From positions 1-13,365 of the forward strand of contig CAZNJA010000036.1 in the NCBI GenBank assembly GCA_964573245.1: a DNA stretch of 13,365 nucleotides, read 5' to 3'. The notes below the pieces were generated by a model. It did not search any database. It had not been told where the DNA came from and saw only the letters and a list, made by a program, of their open reading frames with translations. Numbering within the stretch: position 1 is the stretch's first letter; the number at the start of each line of letters is the position of its first letter. Source of the stretch: an uncultured bacterium (GTDB taxonomy: Bacteria; CAIJMQ01). The translations under genes were made by a program, and so were the position numbers. Below are positions 8,106-13,365 of the stretch, in pieces.

Positions 8106-9233
8106 ATGATTAAGAGAGATTATTATGAAATACTGGGCTTAAGCCGCGACGTTTCTAAAAACGATATAAAGAAGTCTTACAGAAGATTAGCACTGCAATA
8201 TCACCCTGATAGAAACCCGGATAATAAAGAAGCAGAAGGAAGATTTAAAGAGCTCTCCGAAGCATATGCTGTTTTATCCGACCCTGAAAAAAGGCAAATG
8301 TATGACCAATTCGGACATGCAGGGGTTACAGGAAGCGGATTCAGGGGATTTAGCGGTTTTGAAGATATTTTTTCTTCAGATATTTTTACCGACTTTCAGG
8401 ATATTTTTGGCTCATTCTTTGGAAGCAGGGCTCATTCCCGAACCCGCAGGGGTGCAGACTTGCGCTATGACTTAAGGGTTTCATTAAAAGAAGCGTTTAC
8501 AGGCGTAATTAAAGAAATTACTGTATCTAAAAACGAAACTTGCCCGCGTTGCAAAGGGGAAGGCAGCGAACCAGGCACAGGCACGCAGGTTTGTCCTGAA
8601 TGCAATGGGACAGGCGAAGTCACTTTTCAGCAGGGGTTTATCGGTATAATCATAAGACAAACATGCTCAAGATGCTCGGGGACAGGGAGAATTATAACAA
8701 CACCTTGTCATAGCTGCCATGGGAAAAGAAGAGTAAGGAAATCAAAGGAAATCACGGTCAATATCCCTAAAGGTGTGAATAACGGGACGCGTATTAAAAT
8801 AAAAGGCGAAGGCGAAGGAGCTATAAAAGGCAGTTCAGCGGGAGATCTTTATGTCTTCATTCGTGTTGACGAAAACCACTTCTTTCAAAGAAAAGATGAT
8901 GATATAATTACCGATATACCGATTTCTATAACGACAGCTTGTTTAGGAGGAGAGATTCAGGTTCCAACATTGGATGGGAAAACAAGTATGCAAGTTCCTC
9001 AGGGCACACAGAACGGAAAAACCTTTCGTCTAAGAGGGAAAGGCATGCCGAACCTTCGTAGCCATATTAACGGAGACCAATATGTCAGGTTGCTTGTGGA
9101 AACTCCGGTGAATTTAAGCAAAGAGCAGAAAAAGCTTATGCAGGAATTCGCCAAACTTGAAACCGAAAAAAATGTTCCTCATAAAAAAAAGTTTCTGGAT
9201 AAACTTTTAGAAAATTTAAAAGAAAAAATTTAA
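8106..9233 (+). CDS. dnaJ: Chaperone DnaJ (class A)
   Basis: J domain (DYYEILG, HPD), G/F region with DIF repeats, four CxxCxGx(G/R) zinc motifs, and C-terminal GDLYV and GDQYV. Confidence 0.98.
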   Translation: MIKRDYYEILGLSRDVSKNDIKKSYRRLALQYHPDRNPDNKEAEGRFKELSEAYAVLSDPEKRQMYDQFGHAGVTGSGFRGFSGFEDIFSSDIFTDFQDIFGSFFGSRAHSRTRRGADLRYDLRVSLKEAFTGVIKEITVSKNETCPRCKGEGSEPGTGTQVCPECNGTGEVTFQQGFIGIIIRQTCSRCSGTGRIITTPCHSCHGKRRVRKSKEITVNIPKGVNNGTRIKIKGEGEGAIKGSSAGDLYVFIRVDENHFFQRKDDDIITDIPISITTACLGGEIQVPTLDGKTSMQVPQGTQNGKTFRLRGKGMPNLRSHINGDQYVRLLVETPVNLSKEQKKLMQEFAKLETEKNVPHKKKFLDKLLENLKEKI

Positions 9234-9273
9234 TTATATAAATAGAGTAGGGAAGGAAAAGATTGCCGTTCAA

Positions 9274-9294
9274 CTCTCACTACTTACTACTTTC
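9274..9294. repeat. Pyrimidine-rich heptamer array
   Basis: CTCTCAC TACTTAC TACTTTC; reverse complement is GAAAGTA GTAAGTA GTGAGAG. A weak local purine-rich partner (TAGAGTAGGGAAG) lies at 9243-9255. Confidence 0.55.
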
Positions 9295-9316
9295 ATAAAA
9301 AATAAGGAGGGCTGGT

Positions 9317-9409
9317 ATGCCTTGCGGTCGAAAAAGAAAAAGAAAAAAAATGTCTACCCATAAATTGAAGAAGAGGAGGAAACGGGATAGACACAAGAAC
9401 AAGAGATAA
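9317..9409 (+). CDS. 30-aa basic small protein, AURKAIP1/COX24 (mS38)/bS22-like ribosomal small-subunit protein
   Basis: MPCGRKRKRKKMSTHKLKKRRKRDRHKNKR* with 18/30 K/R. Perfect AAGGAGG SD at 9304-9310. Matches the MPxGxKRKxxKMxxHKxKKR..xRHK pattern I recognise for this family. Confidence 0.88.
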   Translation: MPCGRKRKRKKMSTHKLKKRRKRDRHKNKR

Positions 9410-9413
9410 AATA

Positions 9414-9449
9414 TGTCCCCACACCAAAAGACCTTTTGGTGTGGGGACA
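9414..9449. repeat. Perfect 17-bp inverted repeat (REP/MITE-like palindrome or mRNA hairpin)
   Basis: TGTCCCCACACCAAAAG-AC-CTTTTGGTGTGGGGACA; no U-tract follows it on the + strand. Confidence 0.85.
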
Positions 9450-9460
9450 GGGAATAAAAA

Positions 9461-10681
9461 ATGAAATCATTTAAGTGTGTGTTGGTAATTTTTTTGGTTT
9501 TTCTCCTTATATTTGCGGTCGGAGATATTCCTCAAAAGAATTCCATTGCGGAAGAAGAAATTTATCCGCACCTTGAACTTTTAGCCAAAGTAATAGCAAC
9601 CATCCAGCAGAAATACGTAAAAGAGGTTGGCGTAAAAAAACTTATAGACAGTTCTTTAGAAGGGATGGTAGGCTCTTTGGACCCATATTCGCAATTCATG
9701 ACGCCCGAAATAAAAAAAGAGTTTGAAGTGGAAACAAAAGGCGAACTGGAAGGTGTGGGGATGGTAATAACACTGCAAGACCATATAGTTACCGTAATTT
9801 CTCCCATTGAGGATACCCCTGCTTTTCGCGCAGGAATAGAGTCCGGAGATAAAATCGTAGAAATAGAGGGCGAATCCACAAAAGGGTGGTCAACATGGAA
9901 GTCCGCCCAACAGTTACGAGGCAAACCCGGCACAAAAGTAAGTATTAAAGTTTTAAGGGAAGGGGAAGAAGAGCTGCTCACGTTCGAACTTATAAGAGAA
10001 GTTATACATATAAAAAGCATTAAAGGAACAACCCTGATAAACGACAATATAGGATATATCCGAATTACGGCTTTCAGAGAAGACACCCTCACACATCTTG
10101 CAGAAGCATTATCTGAATTGCATAACAGAGGATCTACATCCGTAGTATTGGATTTAAGGAACAATCCGGGCGGATTTCTTGATTCGGCAGTACAAATATC
10201 GGACATTTTTCTTCCCAGGGGGGAGTTAATCGTATATACAGAAGGGAGAGACGCAAAAGACAAAAGGAAATATTTTTCTCGCAATGAACCTTATCCCTCG
10301 GCAAACAAAGACATCGTTATTTTGGTGAATGAAGGAAGTGCAAGCGCTTCGGAAATATTGGCAGGCGCACTAAAGGATAACAACAGGGCAGTAATTATAG
10401 GAACAAAAACTTTTGGTAAAGGTTCCGTCCAATCTATAATCGAACTTGACAGAGATTACGCTTTAAGACTGACCACCGCACATTATTATATACCCAGAGG
10501 CGAGTCTATAGAAGGCAAGGGCATAGAGCCGGATATAGAGGTGGAAATCTCGAAAGAAGAAAGAAAACTGATTCGTGAATTCCTTGCGGGATATAAAAAA
10601 GAAGATGTCGGTAAAGACCCGCAATTACGAAAAGCAGTCGAGTATCTGGAAGAGAAGAGCAAAGTAGCAAGTAGCAAGTAG
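9461..10681 (+). CDS. S41A carboxyl-terminal processing protease (CtpA-like)
   Basis: Signal peptide, LDPYS, PDZ domain (GVGM...PAFRAGIESGDKI), DLRNNPGG, SASASEI (catalytic Ser), TFGKGSVQ (catalytic Lys), GIEPD and DPQL. Confidence 0.95.
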   Translation: MKSFKCVLVIFLVFLLIFAVGDIPQKNSIAEEEIYPHLELLAKVIATIQQKYVKEVGVKKLIDSSLEGMVGSLDPYSQFMTPEIKKEFEVETKGELEGVGMVITLQDHIVTVISPIEDTPAFRAGIESGDKIVEIEGESTKGWSTWKSAQQLRGKPGTKVSIKVLREGEEELLTFELIREVIHIKSIKGTTLINDNIGYIRITAFREDTLTHLAEALSELHNRGSTSVVLDLRNNPGGFLDSAVQISDIFLPRGELIVYTEGRDAKDKRKYFSRNEPYPSANKDIVILVNEGSASASEILAGALKDNNRAVIIGTKTFGKGSVQSIIELDRDYALRLTTAHYYIPRGESIEGKGIEPDIEVEISKEERKLIREFLAGYKKEDVGKDPQLRKAVEYLEEKSKVASSK

Positions 10682-10694
10682 AGAGTATAGAGAA
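10660..10694 (+). repeat. Purine-rich heptamer array spanning the S41 protease stop
   Basis: CAAAGTA GCAAGTA GCAAGTA GAGAGTA TAGAGAA; TAG stop at 10679-10681. Confidence 0.75.
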
Positions 10695-10697
10695 CGG

Positions 10698-11786
10698 ATG
10701 ACCAATAAAAAAGTTTTATTTTTCGGGCTTTTGGCATTACTTGTTACAGAGTTAAGTATCTGGTCGGTTCTCAATCACAAAAAACTGTATCCAAATCCAA
10801 ACGAATTTTCCTTGTCTTCGGTTATGGAAAATTCTCTCAATAAAGCGCTTATCGGCTTAGGAATAACAGAGAAAAACATAATTAAAAAATATTGGGAAGA
10901 AAAAAGTTCGCAGGGGAAGACTAAGTGGGTACAAATTCACGAAGAGTTTCTGGTAAGGCAATCCAGTTCACTAAATGAAATCTTAAAAATAATAGACAGG
11001 AGCATAAAACAAGCAGGTGGAGAAATATCATCATATAATTTTCTTGAAGACGGCAAAAAACTGCAAATATCGTTAGGCAAAGGAAACATTATCACGCACT
11101 CCCTTGTTATCAGCAAGGAAAACCTACCAAAGATATCCATAATAATTGACGATATGGGATATGGTAAAGATGTAGAGAAAGAAATATTAAGGATTTCTTA
11201 CCCCTTAACAATTTCAGTTCTTCCTCACCAGCGGAATTCACAAAAAATTGCCGAGCTGGCTCACGAATTGGGCTTTGAAGTGTTGTTACATCAACCCCTC
11301 GAATCTCAAAACAGTAACTATAACTCTATTGAGGGGCTAATTACTGAAGCAATGAGCAAAGAAGAAGTTGAATCTATTTTAACGCAAAACCTAAAAACAG
11401 TTCCTCATGCCGTTGGAGTAAATAATCATGAGGGTTCAAAGGGAATGCAGCAAGAAGAAGTAGTATCGGAATTATTGGATGTTATAAAAAAAGAAAGAAT
11501 GTTTTTTGTTGACAGTCTTACAACTCCACATTCACAAGCAAGAAAAATAGCAGCCGCAAAAGGATTGAAATATCTTGAAAGAGACACATTCCTTGACAAT
11601 AAAAAAGACGAAAGATATATAACAGAACAAATTGAAGAATTGATTTCTCAAGCGTTATCGAACGGACAAGCAATAGGTATAGCACATCCTAATTCTGAAG
11701 TATTAAACGTCCTTAAAAAAGCGCTTCCTAAGATAGAAGCCGAAGGAATTAAAATAGTCCCGGTTTCAGAACTGCTTGAAAAATAA
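10698..11786 (+). CDS. Divergent polysaccharide deacetylase family protein (YibQ-like), membrane-anchored
   Basis: N-terminal TM segment; IIIDDMG, LLHQPLE, GVNNHEGS, FFVDS, RDTFLDN, IGIAHP and IVPVSEL. This family commonly neighbours S41 protease genes. Confidence 0.92.
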   Translation: MTNKKVLFFGLLALLVTELSIWSVLNHKKLYPNPNEFSLSSVMENSLNKALIGLGITEKNIIKKYWEEKSSQGKTKWVQIHEEFLVRQSSSLNEILKIIDRSIKQAGGEISSYNFLEDGKKLQISLGKGNIITHSLVISKENLPKISIIIDDMGYGKDVEKEILRISYPLTISVLPHQRNSQKIAELAHELGFEVLLHQPLESQNSNYNSIEGLITEAMSKEEVESILTQNLKTVPHAVGVNNHEGSKGMQQEEVVSELLDVIKKERMFFVDSLTTPHSQARKIAAAKGLKYLERDTFLDNKKDERYITEQIEELISQALSNGQAIGIAHPNSEVLNVLKKALPKIEAEGIKIVPVSELLEK

Positions 11787-11801
11787 ACGTTAAATAAACC
11801 A

Positions 11802-11905
11802 ACGGTTTGCGGTTAGCGGGAAAAAATTTTTACGAAAATCGAACACTCCGAAGAAGTCCGATACTCGGTCTTTTCGGAGTCATCGGACCAATAACCGAAC
11901 AGCGA
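11802..11905. repeat. Degenerate heptamer inverted element with an internal GC-rich palindrome
   Basis: Left: ACGGTTT GCGGTTA GCGGGAA (11802-11822). Right: AAATCGA ... TAACCGA ACAGCGA. Internal stem ACTCCGAA/TTCGGAGT (11845-11880). Confidence 0.6.
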
Positions 11906-11916
11906 TTAGTTAAAAT

Positions 11917-12915
11917 ATGTTAATTCTTGGAATAGAAACGTCCTGCGACGAAACATCCGCTTCAGTTGTGGAAAACGGCAAAACAGTCTTATCCAATATA
12001 ATAACTTCCCAAGACGAAATTCACGCGCCTTTTGGTGGAATCGTACCCGAACTTGCCTCGCGCAAACAACTGGAGAGCATCGGCTGGGTTACAAGAGAGA
12101 CCATCAATAGAGCAAAGACAAAATTTTCGAAAATAGATGCAATAGCCGTAACTTATGGACCGGGGCTTGCCGGCTCTCTGTTGATAGGCGTCGAATTCGC
12201 AAAGGCACTTTCATACAGTTTATCCATTCCCCTTGTTGGCGTAAACCATATCCAAGCGCATCTTTATGCAAATTTTTTAGAAGGATGCAAAATAAATTTC
12301 CCGTATATCGGCTTGATAATATCAGGTGGACACACGTCTCTTTTTTATGTCGAAGATTTTCTTGTGTATTCCTTTTTGGGACAGACAAGAGACGACGCCT
12401 GCGGAGAAGCATTCGACAAGGCAGCGCAAATTTTAAAATTGGGCTATCCGGGCGGTCCCATAATAGACAGAATAAGTAAAACAGGAAATCCTTCAGCAAT
12501 AAAGTTTCCGCGCGCGCATATGGATAATAAGTTCGACTTTAGCTTTTCGGGCTTAAAAACATCGCTACTTAGATATGTAGAAAAAAGAGGCAAGATTGCC
12601 AAAAAAGAATTACCCGATATAGCCGCAAGTTTTCAGGAAGCGATAGTTGACGCTATTGTCAAGAAAACTATTCTTGCCGCAAACGAGAAAAAAACAGATA
12701 CAATAGTCGTAGGCGGAGGCGTCGCCGCAAATTCAAGGATACGCTTCAAAATGCAAAAAGAAGCAAAAAATAAAAATTTAAAAGTGTTTTTCCCAAAACA
12801 ACTCAAGCTATGCACAGACAATGCCGCAATGGTAGCGGGATTGGGATATTGGATGTTGAAAAAAGGGACTGTATCTTCCCTGATGTTGGACGCAAAACCA
12901 AATTTATCTTATTAG
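11917..12915 (+). CDS. tsaD: tRNA N6-threonylcarbamoyladenosine (t6A37) transferase TsaD
   Basis: Motifs LGIETSCDET, GGIVPELASR, GPGL, NHIQAH, SGGHT, DDACGEAFDK, FSFSGLKT, GGVAAN and TDNAAM. Confidence 0.98.
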   Translation: MLILGIETSCDETSASVVENGKTVLSNIITSQDEIHAPFGGIVPELASRKQLESIGWVTRETINRAKTKFSKIDAIAVTYGPGLAGSLLIGVEFAKALSYSLSIPLVGVNHIQAHLYANFLEGCKINFPYIGLIISGGHTSLFYVEDFLVYSFLGQTRDDACGEAFDKAAQILKLGYPGGPIIDRISKTGNPSAIKFPRAHMDNKFDFSFSGLKTSLLRYVEKRGKIAKKELPDIAASFQEAIVDAIVKKTILAANEKKTDTIVVGGGVAANSRIRFKMQKEAKNKNLKVFFPKQLKLCTDNAAMVAGLGYWMLKKGTVSSLMLDAKPNLSY

Positions 12916-12929
12916 AAATTTATTTCAAA

Positions 12930-13365
12930 ATGGAAAACATAGAATATTGGCTTTATCTTAATGCGGTTCAGGGGTTGGGCCCTATAAAAGGCAAAGCCTT
13001 GCTTGACAAATTCGGCACCCCCGAAAATATATTTAAAAGGACCGATAGAGAACTTGCCTCCGTAGAGGGAATCGGAACGGACTTAATAGAAAAAATACGA
13101 AACAAAGAGAAATGGCTGGATATAAAAAAAGAAATTTCTCTTATCCAAAAATTGCAAGTTGAAATCGTTATGTTCAATGACCCGGGTTATCCCCCGTTTC
13201 TAAAAAATATTCATTCTTTCCCGCTTCTTTTGTATGTAAAAGGAGAATTCACGGAGCAGGATTATAAAATGCCGATAGCGATTGTCGGGATGAGAAGAGC
13301 CTCCTATTACGGCAAAACCGTGACTGAAGAATTGGCGGAGAATTTGGCGCGCGCCGGTTTTACTA
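12930..13365 (+). CDS. dprA: DNA-processing protein DprA (5' part, truncated by window end)
   Basis: Manual translation: MENIEYWLYLNAVQGLGPIKGKALLDKFGTPENIF...DPGYPPFLKNIHSFPLLLYVKG...IAIVGMRRASYYGKTVTEELAENLARAGFT. This fits a SAM-like domain followed by the start of the DprA Rossmann domain. Confidence 0.93.
   Translation, partial: MENIEYWLYLNAVQGLGPIKGKALLDKFGTPENIFKRTDRELASVEGIGTDLIEKIRNKEKWLDIKKEISLIQKLQVEIVMFNDPGYPPFLKNIHSFPLLLYVKGEFTEQDYKMPIAIVGMRRASYYGKTVTEELAENLARAGFT

Noticed and set aside
1916-13177. Antisense or alternate-frame ORFs (1916-2770, 3257-3964, 6875-7357, 7370-7768, 9562-10284, 12104-12499 and others)
   Set aside because: They overlap well-conserved genes almost entirely and have the composition typical of shadow ORFs.

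Overview
AT-rich bacterial chromosomal housekeeping region; TGA is used as a stop. Minus strand: folD, followed 3 nt later by a >=295-aa secreted hypothetical gene that runs off the left edge and is missing from the ORF track. Plus strand, divergent: argJ-argB-argD-argF-[secreted single-HKD PLD/Nuc-family gene]-argG-dnaJ-[30-aa K/R-rich bS22/mS38(COX24)-like gene, also missing from the track]-S41 protease (ctpA-like)-divergent polysaccharide deacetylase-tsaD-dprA (truncated). No rRNA, tRNA, CRISPR array or transposase is visible. The most unusual signals are: (i) most larger intergenic gaps hold short tandem-repeat arrays (7 or 10 bp unit, a different unit per locus) paired with an inverted array, often overlapping the upstream stop codon; (ii) two small palindromic REP/MITE-like inserts; (iii) a FolD lacking the cyclohydrolase lysine; (iv) a secreted nuclease-like gene tightly coupled inside the arg operon.
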